Source of the DNA: Octopus bimaculoides
Taxonomy: Eukaryota
Assembly (NCBI RefSeq): GCF_001194135.2
Contig: NC_068990.1
Coordinates: 24,347,932 to 24,411,931, forward strand
DNA: 64,000 nucleotides
Direction: 5' to 3'
Position numbers and translations under genes: made by a program
The notes under the pieces: model-generated
What the model was told of the DNA's origin: nothing
Databases searched by the model: none
The model's input: the letters and a program-made list of their open reading frames with translations, nothing else
Part shown: one piece after another, positions 1-14,170 of the stretch
Position numbering within the stretch: the first letter of the stretch is position 1
How the letters are laid out: the number at the start of each line of letters is the position of its first letter

Positions 1-366
1 ATTTATTCAAATATATTTATACATTCTCCGAATTCTTTTGCACGTCAGCTTATAATATAGACTTAACCTTACCGAGAATCATCATTTTAACATAAAGCAG
101 ACAAATATAATCCTCTTATCTGAAACCAATCGTCCGAATCAACATTCACCTGAAGTCAGTATGTCTTATCACTGAGTGACGTTAGAGTGAATCAAGTTGC
201 TAACACTATAAATATATAAATAAACACTTCTTTTAGTACTACAACGAAAGGGAATTCACCATAATGAAGCCTGTCTCAGAGCAACGGTTGTATTCGGTGG
301 TATACGTGATGGGACTGACAATCAGGGTCAAAGCCAGGATCAAAGTGCAGAATCTCGTACACATTT

Positions 367-625
367 CATCATCATCATCATCATCATCATCATCGTCATC
401 ATCGTTTAACGTCCGCTTTCCATGCTAGCATGGGTTGGACGATTTGACTGAGGACTGACAGGCTGCACCAGGCTCCAATCTGATCTGGCTGAGTTTCTAC
501 AGCTGGATGCCCTTCCTAACGCCAACCACTCCGAGAGTGTAGTGGTTGGCGTTAGGAAGGGCATCCAGCTGTAGAAACTCTGCCAGATCAGATTGGAGCC
601 TGGTGCAGCCTTCTGGCTTGCCATG
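367..625. mobile_element. Two inverted fragments of one interspersed repeat (SINE/LINE 3' region with RTE-like tail and (GAT)n end)
   Basis: Minus-strand copy ends ...catggaaagcggacgttaaac(gat)n (367-530). A plus-strand copy of the same segment lies at 541-623. RTE-like tail assignment is from recall. Confidence 0.65.
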
Positions 626-1803
626 CTGTGCGTGTATCAACGATCGATGTCTGATTCCTCGACACGAACTTAGCCCATTGTTTATCTCTTCCTTCCTCGG
701 GTCCAAGATTCTAGAGTCCCTATATTTAAGAAAATTGTCTTGGATCATGTTCCTTTTCTTTCAATCTGTCATCATTACCATTATTATTGTCTTCAGCAGC
801 AGCAGCACCAGCATCATTGTCATTAACATCACTACCACTACTATCAATACCATAACCACCACCACCACCACCACCACCATCATAATCATCCTTTTAATCC
901 TGCTTTTCCACGTTTCAATAAGGTTTTCTTATATAGTGTTCCACAATCAGATGCTCTGTTTGTGGTCATCTCTTTTAGTCTCCCCTTACAATGCTAAGGA
1001 ACACTGTGTACTTCGACTAAAACCAGTATATAATAATACTCATCAAGTATTATACGCAATTAAATCAAGTATTTTTTTCTGTCTCACAGTTTATGATGAT
1101 CTGAAGATATACCAGTTCTGGCATTCTTTCTCACAATGAATAAACAAAAGTTTAACATTTCAAATTTTAGGCTCAAGCCAATTGAAATGGCCAGATGTTA
1201 CGGTATGTTTTCTCCTCTCCTCCCAACTCTAGATAAATAGTTTTTATTTGAATAGAAATTCTGAACAGAGCATATTTTAACTTATTTGTTATTCGGCGAA
1301 GAACCAGTTGTCTACACCGAGTTGCAAATCAAACAAAGATATACCAAGATAAATTTAAATACTGGTCATAACTTGCTTAATTCTTGCGAAATATAGACAC
1401 GGGACTTGAATCCAGCTTATAGTCAATACTACTGGTTCTCGGAAACATAATTCAGACTCTTGTCGTTATAGAACGTATGGCTGGTGTCAACTAGTTCCAG
1501 AACTGGTCGTGTATAATTGATTTGGCGGTGAACAACCTGTTAGGTGGGTTTTCATTCGCTCAAAGTCATTTCTTATTAATTCAGTTGGCTGGTATGTAAA
1601 AAAAAAAAAAACAGAAAAAGAAAAACTAGCTGCATTGACGTTTAAGTCTTCAACAAAGCAATGAGTTCCATATAAGGTTAAAGAAAAGGTATCCGAAATG
1701 TGAAAGTATTCTCAGTAAAATTACTCACTTACACGTATGCAAATTCACATTCACCACATCGCGCATATACATGCACATATACTGCCGGGCAAATACTGAC
1801 ATT

Positions 1804-1811
<8 letters not shown>

Positions 1812-1897
<86 letters not shown>
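1812..1897. repeat. Compound microsatellite (CT)n(AT)n
   Basis: Directly visible. Confidence 0.95.
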
Positions 1898-1901
<4 letters not shown>

Positions 1902-3557
1902 AAATAAACACAAACACACACATATAAATACTCACATACACACACATACATATATTCATATGCCAGCAATAGCGATTAGCAAGTATATCTATTCACCTAT
2001 ATATGTTATGAAAATAATGTGTCATTGTCCCTATCTGCTGCTTAGATCTGTGATCATTTTTCCTTATATGCGCAGGGAATATTATAATCTTTTCGTTTAG
2101 CAAGAGAAAGAGATGTTGTGACTATAATGTCTTTCCCAGTTTCCATCAGAGATGACATTGAAACCCTCAAGGTCAGGAATGAAAATGGACCCTGACCTTA
2201 AAATTGGGTCATCAGAATCACAAAAGGCTGAATGAAACTAAATAGATTTAGCTCCTTACGATGCACATTCAAGATGCTATCATTAATGGCTTGATGTTGA
2301 ACATGTAAATACACTAGATTAGATTTTTGCCATGATTTTGTTTCTTCCATTATTCCATCAACAAGGAAGACATATCTTAGAATGGTCATAGGAAAACTAA
2401 GTCCTGAATGACTCTTTATGACAAGACTAACAAAATCATACCTTTAATTATTTAATTATTTCGGCCCACTTGCTGATGAGTCATGTTTAATGTCGCTTGC
2501 ATCTCGAAAAAGGTTGCCCATGCCCGTCTCAGGCAACAAAGATGATGCAACAATCAAGGCATTACGAAAGCAATTTGGAATTGAACCCCGTATATAGCTA
2601 CTTCCTTTGTGCTAAAAGTTGTACCTATAAAGATGTGCTATAAACTAAAGTCAATTGCTATGGAAAAGACAGTGCTGAATTCAATAAGATAGAGCACTTA
2701 GATTTATCCTCAATCATTGAAGCTCCAATCCGGTCCCTTTCAATAAAAGTAGATCCTTGGATCACGAGTCCTAGGATTCATAAGACCGGTTACATGATTG
2801 CCATCGTGTATAAGTAATCGAGATATAAAAATTTCCTCTGAACTGGCGTCCAGTTCAGGGAAAATATCACAGGTGAGTGAGCTGCAGCAACATAAAATGT
2901 TTTGCTCAAAAATACAACGTACCACCCGGTCCGAGAACCGAAACCACAATCTCACAATCGTGAGCGCAAGAATTGAAAGTACGATCACGAGATCATGAAT
3001 GCAATGTCCTTATCACTAGATCATATGCTTTCGTCCCTGCAATATTCCGTTATTATTAAATCTATATTATTTCTTCTCATAAAAATTAATCTTATTTCTA
3101 ATATTCCCTCAAGAATTCAAACTTATTTTAAAATTCTTATTCTGAAAATCTGATTCTCTTCGTTTGTAACTTTTCTCAGTTTTCTTCCAGCCATTCCACT
3201 CCACTCCACTCTCTAACTCTCATACACCACTTACTACTAATCTCTACTTTTTCCTTCTAAATTTTATCATTATCTCTTTCTCGCCTCACTCTCAGTTCAT
3301 CTATCTATCTATCTATCTATAAATATAACCTGTCTGATTATCTATCCATCTCTCTATGTCTCACTGCATTTCTCTCTCCATCTTTATATATATNNNNNNN
3401 NNNNNNNNNNNNNNNNNNNNNNNNNNNNNNNNNNNNNNNNNNNNNNNNNNNNNNNNNNNNNNNNNNNNNNNNNNNNNNNNNNNNNNNNNNNNNNNNNNNN
3501 NNNNNNNNNNNNNNNNNNNNNNNNNNNNNNNNNNNNNNNNNNNNNNNNNNNNNNNNN

Positions 3558-3600
<43 letters not shown>

Positions 3601-6129
3601 ACACACACACACAAATATATATATATACGTATACGAATGTGTATGTGTATGTATACATAATCTGCTCTTTTATCAGTTCCTCCTCAATCTTTCTTATATT
3701 AGCTATTTTTTCCTTGTGTTCCTTATGCCAGATGGCGGCGTTAAACAATGTAACGGTTTAAGCCTACCACTGCTGAAGGTCAATGCGGAATTCGAACTCA
3801 GTATAAAGACCTGGAACCAATACCTTAAAACACCAAGTCTGACATTCTCACAGTTCCGCTAATCCACCGCATTGGATCGGTACATCCAAGGATGAACAGA
3901 GTGATGGACAAAGTTGTCCTCAGTACAGAGATAGAGGTGTCGTGGAGAGAATGAAAACAGGGAGTCACCTTTGTTTTCTACGTATCTTTCTGATCGATAA
4001 AGTAAATATCAGTTAAATTCTGTGAACTGTCGATGTAAAAACGTTCAGATTATTTATATTGTCACGTAGCTTAACTCAAAATCTTTGGACTCGTCTGTAT
4101 CACATCCTTGGCATTAACCTCTATTATTTAATTCTCTTTCTGACCTTCATTTAAACAGCTGTTAGGTCACGTAAGATGAAAGTCAAGTGTTTGTGTCTGG
4201 AGGTCGAACGGCTGCATGGTTTAATGGTTAACAACAATTCTCTTTGCAAATATGAAGTCTAGTCTCGTGTCTGGTCCTACCTACGTGAATGAATGGGGCC
4301 AGACAAAAGCCATCGGGTGGAGTGTACTTGTTATTCACAGTCCCCTGACTTGTCACAATCAGTGTCACATTGACTTTGACTGAATTTCGTCAAGGACATA
4401 CGTTTTTGAGATTCACAGTCACTTACACTACACACCAAAAGAATAACCAAATCAGCCGATAGAACAAACGGAATACTCATCGCGGCAACCAACGAAGGAT
4501 CCGTTCACCTTTTACTTTAAGTCGAAATATAAATACTTTATTGATTTCTTAGCTAACCACAAGGTCACACATTTAAGTATGAGGTTATTGTTGATTACAT
4601 TCGCTTACTAATTGGCAAGTAATTTACTTTGTCGATCTCCTAAGCACAAAAGCAATGTCGGCCTTACCAGGATTTGAACTCAGAATGTATAGGGCAGCGT
4701 AACAAAATACCGCAATCATCTCGCGATATAGTTGGCTGTTGTTAAAAGTAGCAGCGCATATTGGATCAACAGTTACCTATTTAATTTGCCCACAACTTGT
4801 TCTGATCTTCCAAGGACTTGATTTGTTTTACCTTTTGTTTGTTGATCAACGAGTTAACAAAAGAACCTCTATGTGGTTGCTCGAACCCCAAGAAATAACA
4901 ATCAAGTATCCCTCGAATCGCGCTGTACGGTCTTCAAAGCGGAACAAAATATTAGATAATGTAGTCCTCAAAACATTTGTCTGGAAAAGGACGAGATGGT
5001 CAGGGTTTGATTGTCAACTGTTTTTCAGTACGCTTTTTGCAGTTACTTCAACTGAACTTCTTTTGAGGTTATTGGCATTTAATCATCAGATAAAGTGCCT
5101 TGTGACATTTTGTTGAGTCGCTTTACTCATACGGATTTCGAACCACGCCTGGATCTGTTAGAATTTTCATTCTTGCCAAGTCAATAAAATAAGCAGTAGT
5201 CAGATGCCAGTGTTTCTTCAAGCGTTTCATGCTTATTAAATCATTTTATTCATATGCTTGTTCTGGAGTAAAGTATATATGAATCCACTCCATCGATATT
5301 TCACCGAGAGGAGGAAGAAACCTATGAGAATTAGAAAGGGTTTGTCAAGTTGCCACGGGAAATACAATTAAACTGGTTTCCAACTTTTAAAACTTGTCCA
5401 ACACTTGAGCAAAGAATTATATCGAACTAAAAGATTTCCTGTCGCTGCAGACTGACAGAATTGTTAGAGAGTCGGAAAAAAAAAAAAACTAGTGATATTT
5501 ATTCACAGCTGTCTACGTTCTAAGCTCGAATCCTGGCGAGCTTAACTTAGCTTGTATTCCTTTGAAATCGATAAAATACAGCACAGAAGTCGATATAATC
5601 AACTGACCTACTTCTTCTAAATTTTATACCTTGTGCTTAAATTAGAAACAATAATTAAAAGGAGAGGCAAGAATTAAAAAAAAAAAAAGAATTCCATGAA
5701 TAAAAATTTTTCGTAGGGGACTGGTTCTTGTCAGCTTGAGAATTGCTGCCACTACAAGAGTCAGCAGCCTACGCTGTTTGTCCACCAGCTGTTTCGGCGT
5801 TCCTGCTTTACAACTATATTTTTTCCTCCTTTCATGTTTCGTTTTACCAACACCCACTAAACTGTCAACTATAATCACCTAATTTCTCTATGCTCTCTCT
5901 CTCTTTCATTCTATTCCTCTCCTTTTCTCTCTCTCTCACTTCTCCTTTCTCTCTACGTCTACTGCTGCTGCTACTACTCTCCCTGTCACTCTCTCTCTCT
6001 CTCTCTCTCTCTACCCCTTTCTCTCCTTCACTTTATTTTTTTATTTTCTTTCTCGTTTTCTCACGCACACACTTTCAGATATATTTTTCATTTGGATAAA
6101 TACACTTACACACACATTACAATATATAT

Positions 6130-6170
<41 letters not shown>

Positions 6171-6989
6171 TGTTGCTCCAGACCGTGTATCATTTTTCCT
6201 ATTACACACTCAAAAAGTAAATTATATACACATATATATAATTACATATGTGAGTATATTAAACGTAAATGCAAATCTAAATGTGCTAGAGTGCGTGTTA
6301 TATGAATAACTATTGAAATAATTCTGCCATTGCTGTTCTACTTAACCTTGTTATGTATCAGCATTCCTGCCCACACCTCACTGCTTCTAACAGTGGTACC
6401 TAAACTCACCGGCACGCAGGTCAATGCAACCTCATTTATTTTCTCAACCCTAATTACTTACTACTTACATTCGCCCCGTAGGGGAAACCACACGCATGGA
6501 CACAACACACACAAACGCACATAGATCTCATTAATAGGTGTAATATCTACACCTAGCTTCTGATGCAAATCTTCCTTCTCCTTCCTCGACTGACTTACAT
6601 ATATAAATATAAATACACACGCGCGCACACACACTCATACAGGTAATATCTCACCCCATCCTCTGCTCAAAAATATAAATAAAAACTGGATAAAAAAAAA
6701 AGCAACACAAACAATATAGAATGAATAAATATAGGTCAGTTTGAAAACGCGACACAAAAACCTGTTCCACATGCTAATCACTAGATATACTAGCTTAAAT
6801 TCGAAACAGTTTTACGATAAACAACTTTCGCCATACGCCCAACGTTTTAATAAGAACTTGCAGGTACATATTTAGATATTTAGTACATTGAGCTGTTCCG
6901 ATTCTTGAAATATTTGTGTAAAATAGTCTCAATTGGATTATGCGTGTATACAAAGATATATATATATATACATATATCTTATACGTATA

Positions 6990-7206
6990 CTCTTTTACTC
7001 TTTTACTTGTTTCAGTCTTTTTGACTGTGGCCATGCTGGAGCACCGTCTTTAGTCGAGCAAATCGACCCCAGGACTTATTCCTTTGTAAGCCTAGTACTT
7101 ATTCTATCAGTCGCTTTTGCCGAACCGCTAAGTTACGGGGACATAAACACACCAGCATCGGTTGTCAAGCGATGTTGGGGGGACAAACACAGACATACAA
7201 ACACAT

Positions 7207-7257
<51 letters not shown>

Positions 7258-7671
7258 NNNNNNNNNNNNNNNNNNNNNNNNNNNNNNNNNNNNNNNNNNN
7301 NNNNNNNNNNNNNNNNNNNNNNNNNNNNNNNNNNNNNNNNNNNNNNNNNNNNNNNNNNNNNNNNNNNNNNNNNNNNNNNNNNNNNNNNNNNNNNNNNNNN
7401 NNNNNNNNNNNNNNNNNNNNNNNNNNNNNNNNNNNNNNNNNNNNNNNNNNNNNNNNNNNNNNNNNNNNNNNNNNNNNNNNNNNNNNNNNNNTATATATAC
7501 ATATATATGACGGGCTTCTTGCAGTTTCCGTCTAACAAATCCACTCACAAGGCTTTGGTCGGCCAGAGGCTATAGTAGAAGACACTTGCCCAAGATGCCA
7601 CGCAGTGGGACTGAACCCGGGACCATGTGGTTGGTAAGCAAGCTACTTACCACACAGCCACTCTTACGCCT
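6990..7671 (-). mobile_element. tRNA-derived SINE, family A (near full length, internal microsatellite, gapped)
   Basis: Minus strand begins aggcgtaagagtggctgtgtggtaag...ggttcagtccca (A-box/B-box-like) and ends in a (gtaaaaga)n tail. Near-identical to the copy at 12899 and homologous to 11570 and 11925. Confidence 0.85.
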
Positions 7672-8760
7672 ATATGTATATATATCATATGGTGAGTGTG
7701 TGTGTATACATGGAGACTATCTGGTTAGTAACTTGATTCATTAATATATACCTGTGCGTGTGCGTGTGCGTGTGTGTGTGCTCATGTATTAGATGTTAAA
7801 TTAATCAAGCTATAAACCAGGTCAGTGTTTACACACACAAAGGAAATATTTATCACTTGCATTCAAATTTTATTATTGCAATTTCCTTTAACACTTTAGC
7901 GACAAATATCTTCTTCATAAAAGTAGATCATTCTATACATATCAAATTTTCCTTTTACAACATTCGTACCTGTTTTGGCTTTCCTATTACTGGAAATACG
8001 ATAAAGTTTATCTTTCGCTGATGAGGTCATGATAAGAACAAAGTATCAATGAATTGTTTCCCCTGCATGCTGAAATAATTAAAATGATATTAATTCACGA
8101 CTAAGTAGTATTTCATTTTTGGCTAATTTTCTGATTTTCTCAGCCCATGGTTAATGTTTTATTAAATCTGTTAATGGTAACATTACTATTAAGCTGGTTA
8201 TTCATGCACCCCCATACACGTATTCATAATACAATTATATGTAGACATGCATGTGTATATATATANNNNNNNNNNNNNNNNNNNNNNNNNNNNNNNNNNN
8301 NNNNNNNNNNNNNNNNNNNNNNNNNNNNNNNNNNNNNNNNNNNNNNNNNNNNNNNNNNNNNNNNNNNNNNNNNNNNNNNNNNNNNNNNNNNNNNNNNNNN
8401 NNNNNNNNNNNNNNNNNNNNNNNNNNNNNNNNNNNNNNNNNNNNNNNNNNNNNNNNNNNNNNNNNNNNNNNNNNNNNNNNNNNNNNNNNNNNNNNNNNNN
8501 NNNNNNNNNNNNNNNNNNNNNNNNNNNNNNNNNNNNNNNNNNNNNNNNNNNNNNNNNNNNNNNNNNNNNNNNNNNNNNNNNNNNNNNNNNNNNNNNNNNN
8601 NNNNNNNNNNNNNNNNNNNNNNNNNNNNNNNNNNNNNNNNNNNNNNNNNNNNNNNNNNNNNNNNNNNNNNNNNNNNNNNNNNNNNNNNNNNNNNNNNNNN
8701 NNNNNNNNNNNNNNNNNNNNNNNNNNNNNNNNNNNNNNNNNNNNNNNNNNNNNNNNNNNN

Positions 8761-8808
<48 letters not shown>

Positions 8809-11569
8809 TATGCATATGAATGTTTTTTTTATGTTGAGTTGGATTACTCAATACGTTTCATAGAGTACATTAGTATTGATTTACAAGAACAGTATGAAAT
8901 ACTTTTATCCCCTCGATGCAAGTTTTTCAATTCGCTATATTAAAAATGTTGCACCCAGCCATATGCGTACTTAATATGCTGAACCTCCACAACTGGGCAG
9001 TATTTTCCGTCAGCAGTATTGTTTCTAACTTTGTCAGCGTATCTGTTGTATAATTATGATCAAAGCTATGCATGACCGAATGAAGGAAGCAGAGGTTTGA
9101 CCATATTTCTTGTGTCCTATTGTATCGGCAGCTAAGATACGTAATTTTCAGCAGACTAGTTTATCCTCTATTTGTTGGTAATTGTTTCGCCATTGGTCAG
9201 CTCTCATCGAGTATTCCTATGAGTACAAGTGTTCTAACTTTGGCCACCTCATCTTTTTCAGCCATATACTCTCTAGGCCTACTTTATCAAATTGTTCTTC
9301 CTTTTTAAGACTGTAAGTTTGGATTCGGGGAAAATGTGACTGCTATTTCTAGTAGTTGAGGTTACATAGTTGGTTCGCCTAACTGTAAGTGGATAAAGGT
9401 ATTAAGCTCACAAGTGTAAATGTTATGTGTTTTATTAATTTTCAGCACTGGGCTTCACATTATTGATTAGTTACAGCTTGGAGAATAATTCGACTTGTCC
9501 GATAGAGTAGTCTGATTCGCCTACGGCAAAGGTGCGGAATCGTTAGAGCGTATGGTCGAATGCCTGTTTCTTTTGGTTCTTAGTTCGCAGCTGGCTGAAG
9601 TCAACTCTGAATTACACCTTTTCGGGAACAGTAAAATAACGTATCATTCCATAATGATGTATCAGAGCAATCGGTTAAAGAATCAGACAAGATGCCATGC
9701 AGTATCTCTATCAACGCTTTATCGTTCGGAGTTCTTGAATAATAGCCTAAACTCGCTATCCGGTTTAAACCCATCACTTGGTCCTTACGTGCCTTTACCG
9801 AAGTTCACTGTTGCAAGCACGTGGATCAGGCTTCCTTTCATTTCCTTCCTTCCTTCCTTTCACCAATTTCTTGGGCCTTAAAAATAAAAATAACTAATTG
9901 GTATCACGTCTACTTTTTTATCATTGACTAAATGATGCCTCGCACCTATCAGTTGTCTGATCATCATAGCAGCAACATCAGTGCTTAATCGAAAGCATGG
10001 TGTTTTGGACAACCAGCTAAAATGTCGATGAGTAGTCTTTTGTCACTAGCGTTGTTTTGTATGCATCCTGAAAACAATTCATCCCTGATGCATCAATTCA
10101 AACAGAAGCACACACAAGGGGAAGTGATTGAGTGCAGTTCACTGCTAGGAAAGCACTGAGATCGATTTAAAACCATTCTCCAGCTTACTGTATTCTTTTC
10201 ATCCTTACTTATGCATTTGAGTTCTCTCCGCAGCCCTGAGTGATCAATATTATTATTATAGTGTCAGTGTGTTTCAATTTCAATGAATAGGTCCGAGGTT
10301 TGTTAGTTTTGGTTCTGAACCAAAACCAACTGCCGTATCGTATCATGCCACTCTCTCTTCATCCCCCCTCTCTCTTTCTCTCTCTCCCTTTCTGTCTAAC
10401 GAACTAACTATAGTTAGTTATAAACCGACAGGCACATGTATTAATCATTAAGAATCAGATAAGCAACCAGTGGAGAGAGAAACTGGCAAGGGTTCAATTT
10501 CCACTTAAAACTAGTTTACTTCCTTGATGATGGGGATAGCGTAGACGACAACACACACACACACACACATACTAGTATGTATGTAAGTCTCTTCTATTTT
10601 TTAATTATCATAAATCTTCTACTGAGGAGGGAGCCGGTTTCCAACAAAGATACAAGGCTCGTATGTATGTATGTATGTATGTATAAGATTATATAAATGA
10701 CAAGAGAACAAGAAATTATGTAAAATATAAATTGAAGGATTTTTCAAGTTACGTTTTGTTAGTATTGCTTTGCTAATTCAGGTCTGAGCCATTTGTCACA
10801 GAATTCAGACACACCGCATATCGCTTAAATTGTGACACAAGATATAAAAAGCACGACAGAAACCTTCATTTATTCTCATTGCAATTGAAAGGAAAATAGA
10901 GATATTTGCATCTCAGGCTTCATACGTAAGATACAACAATTGTTTTTCCAACATTCCTGACGTATATTTCAATCATGATGTCCCTCTGCATTTCTTAAGA
11001 TCATGTCAAGGAAATTCATGAAGAGAAAAAACGTTCTTGACATCACTAATTTGTCAATTCTGAAACAGTAATGTCGAACTGAAACTTGTGATACAATACA
11101 AGTGACAAATTGCTTCCTGAATGCGTGATGATTATCATTTTATACGTGTCTTGTTCTGTACTCAATGTGATATAAATTTCAGCTGTCCAAGACGTCATGA
11201 ATACTAGATAAAGCCCTGTATTTCCCCCACCGCCAATCTAATAGCTTAATCATAAGGAACCGCAGCGCATATGGACATTTTCAAAGTCTCCTTGATGGGT
11301 AGAAGGGAGAGAGAAGTTTACCTACAGAGCAGAGACCTGTCCTGAATGCTTACAACAGATACGAATCAGCTACTAACCTAGGCACAGGAAGAGGGTTAAG
11401 ATTAAGTTAAATGATACAACAAAGAAACCACTTCCTGATTTTTTTTCACGAACGTGTTTGTAATATATACTTGAAGTTTATATTACTAACATATGATTCA
11501 ATCTTATTGAAAATCTGAACTGGTTGTAGTTTCCTACGTCTCAATGCACGTTATTGTTGTTTTTTTAAT

Positions 11570-11903
11570 TCTTTTATTCTTTTGTTAGTTTCAGTCATGC
11601 TGGAGCACCGCATTTAGTGGAACAAATCGACCGCAGAACTTATTCTTTGTAAACCTAGTACTTATTCTATCAGTCTCTTTTGCCGAACCGCTAAGTTACG
11701 GGGACGTAAACACACCAGCATCGGTTGTCCATCGATGGTGGTGTGGGTGGGTGGGTTTGGACAAGCACAGACACACAAACATGTACTTCTTTCAGTTTTC
11801 ATCTACCAGATCCACTCACAAGGCTTTGATCGGCGCAAGGCTACAGCAGAAGACACTTGCCCAAGGTGCCACGCGGTGGGACTGAACCCAGAACCACTGC
11901 GCC
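11570..11903 (-). mobile_element. SINE family A copy with small deletions
   Basis: Shares ctagtacttattctatcagtctcttttgccgaaccgctaagttacggggac and gaagacacttgcccaaggtgccacgc with the 6990 copy. Confidence 0.8.
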
Positions 11904-11924
11904 TATATACTGATATATAATCTT

Positions 11925-12285
11925 TCTTTTATCTATGTTTTATTAATTTCTATCATTGGACTGCGGTCATATGAGGCATCACCTCGAAGGGTTTAGTTGA
12001 ACAATTCAAGACCCCAGTACTTAATTTTTTTAAAGTTTTGTACGTATTTCATCGCCCTCTTTGCTGAACTCCAAGGTTACAGGGACATAAACAAAACAGC
12101 ACCGGTTGTCCGACGATGGGTGGGAGATAGACAACACAAACACAAAGACATACATATATACGACAAATGTCTTTCAGTTTCCGTTTACCAAATTCACTCA
12201 CAGCACTTTGGTCGTCCCGGGGCTATATAATAAGAGGCACTTTCCTAAGGCATCATGCAGCGGGACTGAACCCGAAACCATAAAG
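11925..12285 (-). mobile_element. Diverged SINE family A copy
   Basis: Retains tttcagtttccgtttaccaaattcactcac, gcagcgggactgaaccc and the acaccggttgtc..cgatggg block. Confidence 0.65.
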
Positions 12286-12345
12286 TCATTACAAAAACAA
12301 GAATAAATGGTGATTAGTTTAGACGACTGACTCTATAACTTGAGT

Positions 12346-12376
<31 letters not shown>

Positions 12377-12898
12377 TTATTTTGCTCATTAAATGATAAA
12401 AGAGAAAAACAAACCCGGTGAGATTTCTACTCAGAAAGAAATAATAGCTGCACCTCTATAAATTGTCATTTATCTCCCTTTTATTTCTCTTGATTTCTAT
12501 ATTAAGTGAATGATCACAAAAGACCGAAACTGCGAGGGAGTTTATAACACCAATCAAAGAGAACATATTGAATTAACATATTTATTGCTATAGCACAAAC
12601 AGACCAAACTGCATTCTGATTTGCATATCTTCTTTCCCACCGCACTTTGTAGCCTTCATTTCATTTGCATTAATTTATGCAAGATACAGCTGTGTCAACG
12701 ATTTTGCTAATATAGGGAAAACTTCCCGGGAAAATTATTTCTCGTTCTCCTCTGTTCGTTCTCAGATATTTAAATGTGCTATATTTCTCAGGCAGCTAGG
12801 GTTACACTACGTAGTCGCTCGACCTGCTATATAGAGTAGTAAAATCTCTAGTGAACTTTAAGATAATTGAAGTTTCTTCTGATGCATCGTCCATTTTT

Positions 12899-13182
12899 TT
12901 ACTCTTTTACTCTTTTACACTTTTACTTGTTTCAGTCTTTTGACTGTGGCCATGCTGGAGCACCGCCTTTAGTCAAGCAAATCGACCCCAGGACTTATTC
13001 TTTGGAAGCCTAGTACTTATTCTATCGGTCTCTTTTGCCGAACCGCTAAGTTACGGGGACATAAACACACCAGCATCAGTTGTCAAGCGATGTTGGGGGG
13101 GGGGGCAAACACGAACACAAAAAACACACACACATATATATATATATATACATATACATATACATATACATATATACGACGG
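12899..13182 (-). mobile_element. SINE family A, 3' half (head lost in the gap)
   Basis: Near-identical to 6990-7220; stops at gacgg where the N-gap begins. Confidence 0.85.
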
Positions 13183-13433
13183 NNNNNNNNNNNNNNNNNN
13201 NNNNNNNNNNNNNNNNNNNNNNNNNNNNNNNNNNNNNNNNNNNNNNNNNNNNNNNNNNNNNNNNNNNNNNNNNNNNNNNNNNNNNNNNNNNNNNNNNNNN
13301 NNNNNNNNNNNNNNNNNNNNNNNNNNNNNNNNNNNNNNNNNNNNNNNNNNNNNNNNNNNNNNNNNNNNNNNNNNNNNNNNNNNNNNNNNNNNNNNNNNNN
13401 NNNNNNNNNNNNNNNNNNNNNNNNNNNNNNNNN

Positions 13434-13497
<64 letters not shown>

Positions 13498-13875
13498 ACA
13501 CACTTTAAAACATAAATTAAGGTTATTATTTTGAAGCTAGTTAAAGGATTCCAACGGAACATTTATGATGTGAGTGACTAAATATTGAGAATTTGGGTCC
13601 CATTTAGTTAAATTTTATGAAGTGATCGACAGCAAAAGTATAACATACAGAGTTTTCCATACAGGTGTTTCGCTTTTGAACTGCAAATGACAAAACCATT
13701 TCTTGGTTGAGCTTCAAATGTTATAGACACATACTTCCCAAACAATTAAGATATACCATGACAAAACACGTTCTGTAGGAACAGACAACATATATTTACG
13801 TATTTATTGACACAGAACCCCCTCATTACACACACAAAAGCACGAATTGTAAATGTATATATGTATGTATGTATG

Positions 13876-13933
<58 letters not shown>

Positions 13934-14170
13934 CACACACACACACAAACACACAAAACGCGTACATATATACTTATCGTCATCATTAGAAAAATACAAG
14001 AAATATTTTATAGTGTAACCAAATAGCTGTATGACCCAGTTACATATAGTTTATATGCAAATGAGATAGTTAATGGGGTAGAGTCTTTCACTCACGTAGT
14101 TATTCGGTTGGGCTATAACAAGAAAAACCTCCCAGTATTTAAACATAGTCGTGATATATAGACAAGTTAA

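Noticed and set aside
546-1139. 197-aa ORF
   Set aside because: Made of SINE sequence plus trinucleotide low-complexity tracts, starts at TTG, and has no recognisable domain.
2169-2525. 9-bp inverted repeat (2169-2199) and a hAT-like end (ggttgcccatgcc)
   Set aside because: Too short, and no matching second terminus or TSD was found.
2820-2878. Donor-like cag|gtgagt at about 2873 with a 9-bp hairpin upstream; possible missing exon
   Set aside because: The upstream frames do not encode IF head or coil sequence, and the required phase-2 ending is not supported.
5700-5830. GC-richer unique island with an E-box (cagctg); candidate enhancer
   Set aside because: Short motifs occur by chance; no conservation or chromatin data are available.
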